This document shows, one piece after another, positions 38,272 through 47,902 of a stretch of 55,154 nucleotides of DNA. Positions within the stretch are counted from its first letter, which is position 1. Each line of letters starts with the position of its first letter. The notes under the pieces are model-generated. The model was not told where the DNA came from. It was given only the letters and a program-made list of their open reading frames with translations, and ran no database searches. Origin of the DNA: an uncultured Candidatus Saccharibacteria bacterium (lineage in GTDB: Bacteria; Patescibacteriota; Minisyncoccia; Phycocordibacterales; PALSA-1337); the NCBI GenBank assembly GCA_964416985.1, contig CAYQFS010000002.1:1-55154 (forward strand), read 5' to 3'. The translations under genes were made by a program, and so were the position numbers.

Positions 38272-40092
38272 ATGAATTCATCCGAGATACGTTCACGATT
38301 TCTACGCTTTTTCGAGAAAAGGGGGCACACGACAATCCCTTCAGCTTCTCTCGTGACATCCGATGAAAAAGGGGTAACAAATTCCACCCTTTTTAATACT
38401 GCGGGCATGCAGCCTCTTGTTCCGTATCTCCTTGGAAAATCTCATCCGCAAGGAACTCGGCTTGTCGATGTCCAGAAATGCCTCCGCACTGTCGATATTG
38501 ATGATATCGGAGACAAAACACATGCGACGTTCTTTGAAATGCTTGGAAACTGGTCACTCGGAGATTACTTTAAAGAAGAGGCGATCAAGTGGAGCTATGA
38601 ATTTTTGACTTCAAAAGAGGAAGGGCTTGGGCTCGATCCATCCCGACTCTACGTTACGGTCTTTGAAGGAGATGCAAACGCTCAGAGGGATGACGAATCT
38701 GCAAAAATCTGGCAGTCAGTCGGCGTAGCAAAAAACAGAATATATTTTAAAGATGCGAGCGCAAACTGGTGGCCGGCTGTAAAGGTAGGGAAAGAAGATG
38801 GGTGGACCGGGCCGACTGGACCATGCTCCGAGATGTTTTATGATATTACAGTAGATGGCTTGGGCGATCTTACTCCTGAGGAATTTGAAAAAGCAGACAG
38901 CGAACAAAAGGTAGTCGAGATCTGGAACGACGTTTTTATGGAATTCGAGAAAGTTGATGGAAAAATTGTCCAAAAACTTGCAAAGAAAAATGTTGATACA
39001 GGAGCCGGACTTGAGCGTCTCGCGGCGGTTTTACAGAAAGTAGACAATATTTATGATACGGATCTTTTGAAGCCAATGATGGCTCTCATGAAGAATCCTG
39101 CAGCAACTCTCGAGAGCAAGCGTATTGTTGCCGACCATCTCAAGGCAAGTACATTCCTCATTTGTGATGGAATTACTCCATCAAACTCGGACAGAGGCTA
39201 CATCCTTCGTCGCCTCATTCGCCGTGCAATTATAAATACTACGGACCGCAAGCTAGACGAACCTCGAATATCTCGTTTTGTTGACACTCTCGTCTCAATA
39301 TACGAATCTGCATATCCAGAACTCGCTGCAAAAAAGGACCACATTAAAAAAGTACTCCTCGACGAATCGACAAAGTTTTCTGAGGCACTGACAAATGGTA
39401 TTCGTGAATTTAATAGGATAGCTACATCGGGGTCAATTTCTGGAAGTGATGCCTTCAAGCTTTTCTCTTCGTACGGTTTACCGATTGACGTAACTCGCGA
39501 ACTAGCCAAAGAAAAAGGACTAACTGTTGACATCAATGGATACGAGACTGAATTTAAAAACCACCAATCCCTCTCTCGCTCTGGTGCCGAACAAAAGTTC
39601 AAAGGTGGACTTGGGGATGCAAACGACCCGATGGTTGTCCGTTACCACACAGCAACCCACCTCCTCCACCAAGCACTTCATGATGTTCTCGGAGAAAATG
39701 AAGGAAATCAGAAGGGTTCAAACATTACCGCAGAAAGATTGAGATTTGATTTTGCCGGAACAAAACTTTCAGATGAACAAAAAAAGAGAGTAGAAGAAAT
39801 TGTAAATGAAAAAATACGGGAGGCTTTGCCGGTGCAGCACATTACAATGCCACGAGAAAAAGCAGAAAAGACAGGGGCACGGCATTTCTTTGGAGAAAAG
39901 TATGGGGACGAGATTTCTATTTATTTTGTAGGAAATGACCTCGGGTCAGCATATTCAAAGGAATTCTGTGGAGGACCACATGTCACCAACACAAAGGAAC
40001 TCGCTGGGCCAGAGGGAACATGGAAATTTAAGATACAGAAGGAAGAGGCAGTGTCTCAAGGTGTGCGAAGAATCAAGGCTGTTCTCGCGTAA
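38272..40092 (+). CDS. alaS: alanine--tRNA ligase (no C-Ala domain)
   Basis: AGMQP, FFEMLGN, DTGAGLER, editing motifs HTATH and CGGPH; ends after editing domain. Confidence 0.96.
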   Translation: MNSSEIRSRFLRFFEKRGHTTIPSASLVTSDEKGVTNSTLFNTAGMQPLVPYLLGKSHPQGTRLVDVQKCLRTVDIDDIGDKTHATFFEMLGNWSLGDYFKEEAIKWSYEFLTSKEEGLGLDPSRLYVTVFEGDANAQRDDESAKIWQSVGVAKNRIYFKDASANWWPAVKVGKEDGWTGPTGPCSEMFYDITVDGLGDLTPEEFEKADSEQKVVEIWNDVFMEFEKVDGKIVQKLAKKNVDTGAGLERLAAVLQKVDNIYDTDLLKPMMALMKNPAATLESKRIVADHLKASTFLICDGITPSNSDRGYILRRLIRRAIINTTDRKLDEPRISRFVDTLVSIYESAYPELAAKKDHIKKVLLDESTKFSEALTNGIREFNRIATSGSISGSDAFKLFSSYGLPIDVTRELAKEKGLTVDINGYETEFKNHQSLSRSGAEQKFKGGLGDANDPMVVRYHTATHLLHQALHDVLGENEGNQKGSNITAERLRFDFAGTKLSDEQKKRVEEIVNEKIREALPVQHITMPREKAEKTGARHFFGEKYGDEISIYFVGNDLGSAYSKEFCGGPHVTNTKELAGPEGTWKFKIQKEEAVSQGVRRIKAVLA

Positions 40093-40116
40093 TTGAACAC
40101 ATGCTATACTTTATGC

Positions 40117-41292
40117 ATGTTCTCCCTGCTTTCTCGTAAAGTTCACAAAGATCTTTCCCTCATCATCGATGTTCAGAGCGGAGTTGTCCGCGGCTCTCTT
40201 GTCTCATTGAATAAGAACGAAATTCCCCACGTCATTTATCTTTTCTCACGGACACTTCCTCACAAAAACGAGGTTGATGGATCTTACCTTACGACGCTTA
40301 TGCTCAAGGCACTCGAGGAAGTTGCTCTCAAAATTTCAACAGAAGGTTTTGCTCGAGCAGGGGAGGTTGGTTACGGAGGTCATTCACTCCAGACAATACA
40401 CTATGTGATGTCTTCACCATGGATTGTCTCGCAGTCGAAAACAGTAAAAATTGCATATGAAAAAGATACAGAAGTGACCGAGGCCTCGGTGCATACCTTG
40501 GTCGAAAAGGAACGCGACTCACTGATCAAGAAATTTCATGAGGGAAATCTAAGTGCTGAGTACGAGAAAGATCTGACATTCATTGAACAAAAAATATTTG
40601 ATGTACGTCTTAATGGCTACACTGTCCAGGACTATCGTGGAAAAAAGGCAAAGAGTTTTGAGATTTCATTTGCTGTAACGACGAGTTCAAAATATATCCT
40701 TTCAAAAATGGAGGAAATCGTGGGTAAGGTTCTCCGAAGTAAAGAGCAGGAGTTTCATTCAGCCCTTCTTCTCCAGTACTCTGCCCTAAGGACAATCGTA
40801 GGGAACCGGGATGAATATATTTCACTCCACGTCCATAGCGAACTTACCGATATTGTAGTCGTCAAAAGGGGAATCAGCTCCTACCTCGCATCATTTCCTT
40901 TTGGAACTGCGGAGCTTTTGCGAAGGCTTTCAGCTGCTCTTGGCACGAGTGAGGAATCGGGAAATTCTCTTCTCGCCCTTCACCAAAATGGAAAACTCGA
41001 GGATACAGAACATCATCGTGTTGATGCAATTCTCAAACCAATTCTTGCTGAATGGCAGAGTACGCTCCTTTCAGTGCTTGGAACAATAGGTGAGAAAACT
41101 GTCCTTCCTCGGCTCGTGTATCTTTCGGCTCATTCAAATGCAGAACTATTCAAGATGACTCTCATCGAGACAAAATTTGAGGTTCTCCCGTTCAACTATA
41201 CTCTTGTGGAAAAGGCTGTAGCGTTCGAAAAAACCTCTGAGAAAAGTTCATTTATGGGAATTTATGCAGTGGCCCTTAATGGTATGATATAA
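40117..41292 (+). CDS. FtsA/PilM-like actin-fold protein
   Basis: IIDVQSG N-terminal motif, LNGY, LHVHSELTDI...SFPFG; start 40117 after TGCTATACT. Confidence 0.6.
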   Translation: MFSLLSRKVHKDLSLIIDVQSGVVRGSLVSLNKNEIPHVIYLFSRTLPHKNEVDGSYLTTLMLKALEEVALKISTEGFARAGEVGYGGHSLQTIHYVMSSPWIVSQSKTVKIAYEKDTEVTEASVHTLVEKERDSLIKKFHEGNLSAEYEKDLTFIEQKIFDVRLNGYTVQDYRGKKAKSFEISFAVTTSSKYILSKMEEIVGKVLRSKEQEFHSALLLQYSALRTIVGNRDEYISLHVHSELTDIVVVKRGISSYLASFPFGTAELLRRLSAALGTSEESGNSLLALHQNGKLEDTEHHRVDAILKPILAEWQSTLLSVLGTIGEKTVLPRLVYLSAHSNAELFKMTLIETKFEVLPFNYTLVEKAVAFEKTSEKSSFMGIYAVALNGMI

Positions 41293-41294
41293 TT

Positions 41295-42698
41295 ATGGCA
41301 ATGAGATCAGAAAAAAAAGTGGTGCAAGATATCGTGCCGAGTTCACGAAGAACGATACGCAACATTTCATTCGAAGAAGAAACAGCCGCTAGGTCTGGAG
41401 GTCGCACTCGTGCCCGAAGGGAAGTAAGTGAGGAGGTAGACGAGGATCGAGGAGTAAAAATCCCCATTCATACAAAAAAAGTCGTTCGCGAGGAAGTGGA
41501 GTACGAGGAACGACCTGCCCCAAAACAGAGGAAAAAAAGAAGGGCGTCTGGAACCCTCATTACATTTATAATTGTTTTTCTCTGCATTGCCGTCATTGCG
41601 GTAGCACTTTCCCTTTTGTATTCGAAGGCGGTTGTGACTATTGTACCTAAAGTCATAAATATTCAGGTCGATGGAACATTCACCGCGAAGAAAGCCCTTA
41701 CTTCAGTGAATTCTGCTGATCTTTCCTATGACGTCATAACACAAAAGGCCACTGCAAGCTCACCAATACCGGCAACAGATGGTCCATTTACTCAAACAAA
41801 AGCAAAAGGGACAGCATACCTCTATAACGAACAAAGCTCTGCACAAAAAATAGTAGCTGGAACACGCCTATCAAATACAAATGGACTTATATATCGCACA
41901 GTTGCAACTGTTACGATTCCCGCTGCAAAAACTACTGCAGGAAAACTTGTTCCGGGGAGTATCTCAAGCTCCATCATTGCAGATCAGGCTGGAGCACAGT
42001 ACAACATGCTTCTTTCAGACCTCACTGGTGACCTCAAAGTTGTAGCATACAAGGGTGGAGACAAATATACCAAGGTCTATGGCCGAACAAAAACAGATGT
42101 AGTCGGAGGTTTCCTAGGAAATAAAAAAATAATTTCTCCAGAAGCACGAAAGGCAGCGGTTGATACACTCGAAGCATCCCTCAAGGCAAAACTCGCCCAA
42201 CAGATCGCGACTTCTCACCCTGAAGGTTCAATCGTGTACGACAGTGCCTCGATATATGAGTATCAAGTCACCGATGTCACTAGTAAGGCATCGAGTACCG
42301 CTGAGGTTTCAGTCACGGCAACTGCGTACAGTATCGCCTTCAAGTCGGATACCCTTCTCAAGGCTATTGGAGCAAAAGAGCTTGAAAGATTCCCAGTACC
42401 AACCTATTCAACTGAAGGCCTCGACAAACTCTCATTCTCTATTATTAATGCAAAGGACTTTTCAGCTAAAAAAGGAACCACTCTCATTTTCCTACTCAAA
42501 GGCCCCTTGAAACTTACTGGAACATTTCCAGAAAATACACTTAAAAATGAACTCAGGGGTATAACTCTTGAGGCAAGTAATCCTGTTTTTGCTAGGTATC
42601 CGGCTATTGGAAATGCCCAAGTTCTCATTACTCCGTTCTGGATGAGATCATTCCCGAACTCAGCAAGTAAAATCACACTTGAGGTGAAAACAGAGTAG
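41295..42698 (+). CDS. bitopic membrane protein with baseplate-J-like domain
   Basis: charged N-terminus, single TM, KAKGTAYLYN...GTRL...ADQAGAQYN...GG segment. Confidence 0.6.
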   Translation: MAMRSEKKVVQDIVPSSRRTIRNISFEEETAARSGGRTRARREVSEEVDEDRGVKIPIHTKKVVREEVEYEERPAPKQRKKRRASGTLITFIIVFLCIAVIAVALSLLYSKAVVTIVPKVINIQVDGTFTAKKALTSVNSADLSYDVITQKATASSPIPATDGPFTQTKAKGTAYLYNEQSSAQKIVAGTRLSNTNGLIYRTVATVTIPAAKTTAGKLVPGSISSSIIADQAGAQYNMLLSDLTGDLKVVAYKGGDKYTKVYGRTKTDVVGGFLGNKKIISPEARKAAVDTLEASLKAKLAQQIATSHPEGSIVYDSASIYEYQVTDVTSKASSTAEVSVTATAYSIAFKSDTLLKAIGAKELERFPVPTYSTEGLDKLSFSIINAKDFSAKKGTTLIFLLKGPLKLTGTFPENTLKNELRGITLEASNPVFARYPAIGNAQVLITPFWMRSFPNSASKITLEVKTE

Positions 42699-42817
42699 TG
42701 CTATACTGACCTTACATAAGACGAAACCCAATCGCAGAAATGCAAACTGGGGGTGGAATTCGTTGGTATTGACTTCTACCCAGTGTTTCTGATAGTATGT
42801 GCAAACGCGCAAAATTG

Positions 42818-43078
42818 ATGGATTTAAACAAAAACAAGCCACAAATAGGAGGGTCAGTCGCTCCAATCACACCTAACGCGAACCTCGCGTACGGAGTTGT
42901 GACCGAAGCTCTGCCAAACACCCTCTTTCGAGTGAAGCTTGATGGAAAAGATGAAATCGTGATGGCGTATCTTGCGGGAAAAATGAGAATGCACCGCATA
43001 AAGGTTTTGATCGGAGACAAGGTAGAACTTATCATTGATCCGTACGGAGGAAGGGCTCGAATAAGCAAACGACTTTAA
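42818..43078 (+). CDS. infA: translation initiation factor IF-1
   Basis: [32 protein letters not shown]; start 42818 or 42797. Confidence 0.96.
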   Translation: MDLNKNKPQIGGSVAPITPNANLAYGVVTEALPNTLFRVKLDGKDEIVMAYLAGKMRMHRIKVLIGDKVELIIDPYGGRARISKRL

Positions 43079-43083
43079 TACAC

Positions 43084-43200
43084 ATGAAAGTAAAAGCTTC
43101 AGTAAAAAAAATCTGTCCGAAATGCGAAACTGTCCGACGAAAGGGCTATGTGTATGTTATATGCAAGGCAAACCCTCGACACAAGCAGCGACAAGGCTAA
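43084..43200 (+). CDS. rpmJ: 50S ribosomal protein L36 (not in ORF track)
   Basis: [38 protein letters not shown], zinc-binding form. Confidence 0.97.
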   Translation: MKVKASVKKICPKCETVRRKGYVYVICKANPRHKQRQG

Positions 43201-43232
43201 TCAATTAACCCACTTTTAATACTTACACTATA

Positions 43233-43613
43233 ATGCGTATCCTCGGTATCACAATTCCAGACAATAAACAGCTCGAAATCGCCCTTACTGAGCTTTATGG
43301 TGTTGGACGAGCACGATCTAGATTTGTTTTAAATAAAGTCAAAGTAAATCCAGCCATGAAGGTCAAGGAACTTTCAGTCGATCAGGAAAATGAAATTCGA
43401 AAAGTTGTAGAATCATTCCGAATAGAAGGAGACCTCAAGCGAGAAGTTGCAAGCAACATCAAGCGACTGAAAGACATCAAGACATACCGCGGAAGCCGCC
43501 ACGCTCGACGACTCCCTTCACGAGGACAGAGAACAAAGACAAATTCACGAACTATCCGAGGAAACGTCAGAAAGACCATGGGTTCAGGACGAAAGAAGGA
43601 GGAAAAGAAATAA
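43233..43613 (+). CDS. rpsM: 30S ribosomal protein S13
   Basis: LTELYGVG, YRGSRH..LPSRGQRTKTNSRT. Confidence 0.98.
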   Translation: MRILGITIPDNKQLEIALTELYGVGRARSRFVLNKVKVNPAMKVKELSVDQENEIRKVVESFRIEGDLKREVASNIKRLKDIKTYRGSRHARRLPSRGQRTKTNSRTIRGNVRKTMGSGRKKEEKK

Positions 43614-43637
43614 CATAACATCATTACTACCACTATC

Positions 43638-44072
43638 ATGGGAAAGAATCGAATCGTTACAACAGAAACAAAGCCAAAAGATGCTGCAGCTGATGCGGGA
43701 GCAAAGCAAGTTGCCGCAAAAAAGCGAGTTGATGTCGGTATTCTCTATGTTCAGTCAACCTACAACAACACAAAGGTCCTCTTTACCGATGTAAGTGGGA
43801 ACGCACTCATGTGGTCCTCGAGCGGGTCTCTTGGTTTCAAGGGTGCAAAGAAAGGAACTCCTTTTGCAGCAGCTAAAGTTGGGGAAACTCTCGCTATCAA
43901 GGCTCAGGCTCTTGGTGTTAAAGAAATAAAAGTGGTTGTAAAGGGTGTTGGTTCTGGAAGAGAATCAGCTATCCGAGGTTTCGTTTCAAAGGGAATTCTC
44001 ATTAACTCGATCAAAGACGAAACTCCTGTCCCACACAACGGACCGCAGCCAAAGAAGCCGCGACGAGTATAA
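43638..44072 (+). CDS. rpsK: 30S ribosomal protein S11
   Basis: STYNNT, GFKGAKKGTPFAA, TPVPHNG. Confidence 0.98.
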   Translation: MGKNRIVTTETKPKDAAADAGAKQVAAKKRVDVGILYVQSTYNNTKVLFTDVSGNALMWSSSGSLGFKGAKKGTPFAAAKVGETLAIKAQALGVKEIKVVVKGVGSGRESAIRGFVSKGILINSIKDETPVPHNGPQPKKPRRV

Positions 44073-44100
44073 CGTATAACCCTTAAATTATTTATCATAT

Positions 44101-44712
44101 ATGAAAATCGGACCAAAATATAAAATTGCACGAAGACTCGGAGCGCCTGTGTTTGAAAAGACACAGACTCAGAAGTATGCTATCCGCCTTGGACAGCGAA
44201 ATGAATCGAGCGGAAAGGGACGACCTCGAGCAAAGAGCGATTATGGTCTCGGACTTATTGAGAAGCAGAAGGCGCGATTTAGCTACGGTATTACCTCAAA
44301 GCAGTTTGGAAATTACGTAAAGAAGGCTGTCGAAAAAAAGGGTAACTCAGGAGAGCTTCTTGTTCGAATTCTTGAAGGACGTCTTGATAACGTCGCTCTC
44401 CGAGCTGGTTTTGCTCCGACACGACAGGCAGCGCGCCAACTTACGTCCCATGGCCACCTTACGGTCAATGGAAGTATTGTAACCATTCCTTCATACCAGG
44501 TGAAGGTTGGGGATGTAGTAGGTATCAGAGAGGGAAGCAAGAAGAAGCCTCTTTTTGCAACTCTTGATGAGCGATTGAAGGCAGTGAAGATCCCAGCATG
44601 GCTTAAGCTCAATTATGACAAGAAAGAAATTACCGTCGACGGCATACCGCACGTGGAGCAGAGCGAGCTCCTCTTCAATGTTGGTGCAGTGCTCGAGTTC
44701 TACAGCCGTTAA
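44101..44712 (+). CDS. rpsD: 30S ribosomal protein S4
   Basis: GPKYKIARRLG, LEGRLDNV..RAGFA.TRQAARQL.SHGH. Confidence 0.98.
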   Translation: MKIGPKYKIARRLGAPVFEKTQTQKYAIRLGQRNESSGKGRPRAKSDYGLGLIEKQKARFSYGITSKQFGNYVKKAVEKKGNSGELLVRILEGRLDNVALRAGFAPTRQAARQLTSHGHLTVNGSIVTIPSYQVKVGDVVGIREGSKKKPLFATLDERLKAVKIPAWLKLNYDKKEITVDGIPHVEQSELLFNVGAVLEFYSR

Positions 44713-44756
44713 TTTTTAACAATCATTATCAAAGCCATTAATTTTTAAATAAAACC

Positions 44757-45725
44757 ATGTCGACAAACCACACAATCGTAGTTCCATCAAAGCCTAAGAT
44801 CATCCGAGAGGAAGGATTCAGCGGCATTTATGAAATTGACGGCCTTTACCCAGGCTACGGTCACACTCTTGGAAACTCACTCCGACGAATTATTCTTTCG
44901 TCTCTTCCTGGTGCTGCGGTCACAAAGGTGAAGGTCAAGGGAGTCGAGCATGAATTTTCTTCAATGAGCGGCGTTAAGGAAGACGTCATCACACTCCTTT
45001 TGAATTTGAAGAAACTCCGAATCAAACTTATTACTGAGGAGCCACAGGTTCTCATTCTCAAAGCAAAGGGAGTAAAGACTGTTTCTGCAAAGGACATCGA
45101 AGTACCTGGGCAGGTTGAAATTTTGAACCCAGATCTCGTTATTGCCCAGCTCACTGACAAATCAGCAGAGCTTGACATGGAAATCACTGTTGAAAAGGGA
45201 CTCGGCCTTGTTCCAAAGGAAATGCTTCACAAGGATCGTGTTGATATCGGAACAATTGCTCTCGATGCCACATTTACCCCTATCAAAAAGGTAAATTACG
45301 AAGTCGAGAACATGCGTGTCGGAGACCGAACAGACTTCAACCGCCTCCGCATTTCAATTGAAACTGATGGAACTCTCACTCCAAACGAAGCTCTCGAGCA
45401 GTCTATCATCCTCATGATTACTCAGCTCAAGGCTATTGTTGGATTTAAGGAAGAAGAAGTTGTTGCTGAAACTCCAAGCGAATCAAAAGATTCTGCAAAG
45501 GGAGAGGTTAAAGGAGATTTTGATGTTGAGTTCCTCAAGACTCGAATTGATTCTATTGGCCTTTCTCCTCGAACAACAAAGGCTCTTGCGAACGCAAACA
45601 TCCGAACAATCGGAGGTCTTGCTCGAAAGAAGGAAGTCGACATCCTCGATATCGAAGGCCTTGGAAGCAAGGGGATCCAGGAGATCAAGAAGACTCTTGC
45701 TCAGTACAACATTACGCTTAAATAA
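44757..45725 (+). CDS. rpoA: RNA polymerase subunit alpha
   Basis: GYGHTLGNSLRRIILSS, HEFS...GVKED, alphaCTD LSPRTTKAL. Confidence 0.98.
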   Translation: MSTNHTIVVPSKPKIIREEGFSGIYEIDGLYPGYGHTLGNSLRRIILSSLPGAAVTKVKVKGVEHEFSSMSGVKEDVITLLLNLKKLRIKLITEEPQVLILKAKGVKTVSAKDIEVPGQVEILNPDLVIAQLTDKSAELDMEITVEKGLGLVPKEMLHKDRVDIGTIALDATFTPIKKVNYEVENMRVGDRTDFNRLRISIETDGTLTPNEALEQSIILMITQLKAIVGFKEEEVVAETPSESKDSAKGEVKGDFDVEFLKTRIDSIGLSPRTTKALANANIRTIGGLARKKEVDILDIEGLGSKGIQEIKKTLAQYNITLK

Positions 45726-45739
45726 TTTAAAGAACTTCC

Positions 45740-46090
45740 ATGCGACACCATTCATCAACACGAAAATTCGGACGCGAAATGAACCAGAGAGACGCTCTTA
45801 TGCGATCTTTGGCGCGCAATTTGGTGAATGAAGGCCGCATTACAACTACTCTCGCCAAGGCAAAATCTCTCCGACCATACGTCGAGAAGCTTGTGACCAA
45901 GGCAAAGTCAGGAACTCTCGCATCACGACGACTTTTGGTAAGCAAAATTCATGGAGAACCTGAGGCAAAGGTCCTCATTGAAACCCTTGCTCCAAAGTAC
46001 AAGGATCGAAAAGGAGGATATACACGAATCATTCGCCTTCCTCGCCGAGAGCTTGACGCGGCAGAGATGGCTATGATTGAATTTGTTTAA
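45740..46090 (+). CDS. rplQ: 50S ribosomal protein L17
   Basis: MRH...RKFGR, RITTTLAKAK, GGYTRI. Confidence 0.98.
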   Translation: MRHHSSTRKFGREMNQRDALMRSLARNLVNEGRITTTLAKAKSLRPYVEKLVTKAKSGTLASRRLLVSKIHGEPEAKVLIETLAPKYKDRKGGYTRIIRLPRRELDAAEMAMIEFV

Positions 46091-46105
46091 TACTAAATAA
46101 CCACC

Positions 46106-46450
46106 ATGATATATACAATTGACGCACAGGGTAAGAGGATCGGACGAGTTGCTTCGCAAGCAGCTGTATATCTCATGGGCAAAAATTCTGTAAAGTTCGT
46201 GCGAAATGCCGCTCCCGACGTCAAGGTCAAAATCATCAACTGCGCTAAGGCTTACATTTCTGCAAAAAAGAAGGATGACAAGGAGTACGTAACATTCACA
46301 GGATTCCGAGGAGGTATCAATACCGAAAAGCTCTCAGCTCTCATTGCCCGAAAGGGAGTTGCCGAGCCTTTCCGACTCGCTGTCTACCGAATGCTTCCTT
46401 CAAACAGCCTCCGAAAGGCCATGATGAAGAATTTAACTATCACTGAATAA
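46106..46450 (+). CDS. rplM: 50S ribosomal protein L13 (short)
   Basis: IDAQGKRIGRVAS, VKIINC, AVYRMLP. Confidence 0.94.
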   Translation: MIYTIDAQGKRIGRVASQAAVYLMGKNSVKFVRNAAPDVKVKIINCAKAYISAKKKDDKEYVTFTGFRGGINTEKLSALIARKGVAEPFRLAVYRMLPSNSLRKAMMKNLTITE

Positions 46451-46455
46451 CTTTT

Positions 46456-46872
46456 ATGACTACAGCTACAAAAACTCACGATAAATATATTGAAACTGTT
46501 GGCCGAAGAAAGACTTCGATTGCCCGCGTTCGAATGACTCCTGCCACAAAGACGTCGTATGAAATTAACGAAAAGACTGTCGAGGCATATTTTCCTACAA
46601 AAGAACTCCAGATCACAGCTCACGAAGCTCTCACAACATCAAAGCTTGCTACTACCAAGTTCAAGATTACTGTTCTTGTAAAGGGGGGAGGAATCAGCTC
46701 ACAGGCAGATGCGATTCGACATGGTATCGCCCGAGGCCTCATTGAATATGACAAGGAACTTCGAGGAAGGCTCAAGAAAGCTGGACTCTTGAAACGAGAT
46801 CCGCGAGCAAAGGAACGACGAAAGTTTGGACTCAAGAAGGCTCGAAAGTCTCCACAGTGGAGCAAGCGATAG
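46456..46872 (+). CDS. rpsI: 30S ribosomal protein S9
   Basis: GRRKTSIARV, GGGISSQADAIRHG, RKSPQWSKR. Confidence 0.98.
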   Translation: MTTATKTHDKYIETVGRRKTSIARVRMTPATKTSYEINEKTVEAYFPTKELQITAHEALTTSKLATTKFKITVLVKGGGISSQADAIRHGIARGLIEYDKELRGRLKKAGLLKRDPRAKERRKFGLKKARKSPQWSKR

Positions 46873-47004
46873 TAGCTATTCAACTCATGAAGAAACGGCC
46901 GAGGTTATCCACTCCGGCCTTTTCTTTTATCTTTTGATAGGAGTATACTTAGTACCAGTAAACCGACGTAAACCAAAGTTGTACAGATAGAAAGACAATT
47001 GCGC

Positions 47005-47115
47005 ATGTTCTTACTATTTAAAACATTGGAATTGATCAAAAAGATTCGTGACTGGATGACTCCGCCCGTAGGGTATGAGGATGAAAGAGGCTTTCACGAA
47101 GTTGCCAAGGAGTGA
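47005..47115 (+). CDS. putative 36-aa protein with GYEDExGFH motif
   Basis: MFLLFKTLELIKKIRDWMTPPVGYEDERGFHEVAKE, between a -10 element and terminator 47120-47150. Confidence 0.5.
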   Translation: MFLLFKTLELIKKIRDWMTPPVGYEDERGFHEVAKE

Positions 47116-47119
47116 GGTT

Positions 47120-47153
47120 AGGGATCGAGGCTTGTAGATGCTCGATCCCTTTC
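47120..47153 (+). terminator. intrinsic terminator
   Basis: AGGGATCGAG/CTCGATCCCT perfect 10-bp stem. Confidence 0.7.
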
Positions 47154-47205
47154 TATTTAGAAAATTCTTGCAAAAAGACTCTACGGACCGTATACTATTT
47201 TTACT

Positions 47206-47766
47206 ATGGACGAAAATACTAAAGAAAATAATGAGGAAGTTATAATCGAAGCTGATGAAAACCTTGATGACTCTGTTCTTGCTGAGGAATCAGCACTTGA
47301 GACAGTAAAATCCCTCAAAGAAAAGCTCAAAAAGGCACTTGCAGAAAAGCAGGAATATTTAAATAGCTGGCAAAGGGACAAGGCTGAATTTATAAACGCA
47401 CGAAAAAGAGACCAGGAAGCGCAGAAGGACTTTGCTCGTTTTTCTAATGAAAATTTGATCTCTGAACTCATTCCAGTGCTCGATAGTTTTAATATGGCAA
47501 TGGGAAACAAGGAGGCTTGGGAAAAGGCTGATAAAAATTGGCGAGTGGGTGTTGAGTACATTGCAAATCAGCTCAAGAAAACCCTTGAGGATTTCGGTTT
47601 GAAGGAAATTGATCCTCTTGGAAAGCCATTTGATCCGATGCGAGATGAAGCAATAGAAGACGGGAAGGAGGGTAATCTCGTGACCACAGTCATACAGAAG
47701 GGTTATGAGCTTAATGGAAAGGTGCTCAAGGCGCCGAGGGTGAAGATTGGGGAGGTTAAGAAGTAG
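47206..47766 (+). CDS. grpE: nucleotide exchange factor GrpE
   Basis: RDKAEFINARKR, LIPVLDSF, FDPMRDEA, QKGYELNGKVLKAPRV. Confidence 0.96.
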   Translation: MDENTKENNEEVIIEADENLDDSVLAEESALETVKSLKEKLKKALAEKQEYLNSWQRDKAEFINARKRDQEAQKDFARFSNENLISELIPVLDSFNMAMGNKEAWEKADKNWRVGVEYIANQLKKTLEDFGLKEIDPLGKPFDPMRDEAIEDGKEGNLVTTVIQKGYELNGKVLKAPRVKIGEVKK

Positions 47767-47770
47767 GTAC

Positions 47771-47797
47771 AAAAAATCCGCACTAATGCGGTTTTTT
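47771..47797. terminator. bidirectional terminator
   Basis: AAAAAATCCGCA-ctaa-TGCGGTTTTTT. Confidence 0.75.
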
Positions 47798-47841
47798 GCG
47801 AAGTTTACCTTCGTGGTTTCCCCTTCTCGCTAGATAGATAA

Positions 47842-47870
47842 AGCATAGGCGATCTTGTACATAAAGTCAA
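47842..47870 (-). promoter_or_regulatory. sigma70 promoter TTGACT-N17-TATGCT, no downstream ORF
   Basis: near-consensus hexamers on the minus strand, ~65 nt before the bidirectional terminator. Confidence 0.55.
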
Positions 47871-47887
47871 GAACAATCTTTTTTCCC

Positions 47888-47902
47888 TGTGGACATAGAC
47901 CG
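47888..47902 (+). repeat. attL-like site (core TGTGGA plus P' arm ACATAGACCG)
   Basis: TGTGGA repeated at 55100-55105; arm is an 8/10 inverted match to 55093-55102. Confidence 0.75.

Noticed and set aside
41295-42698. Prophage
   Set aside because: The baseplate-J-like gene has no neighbouring capsid, tail or terminase genes.
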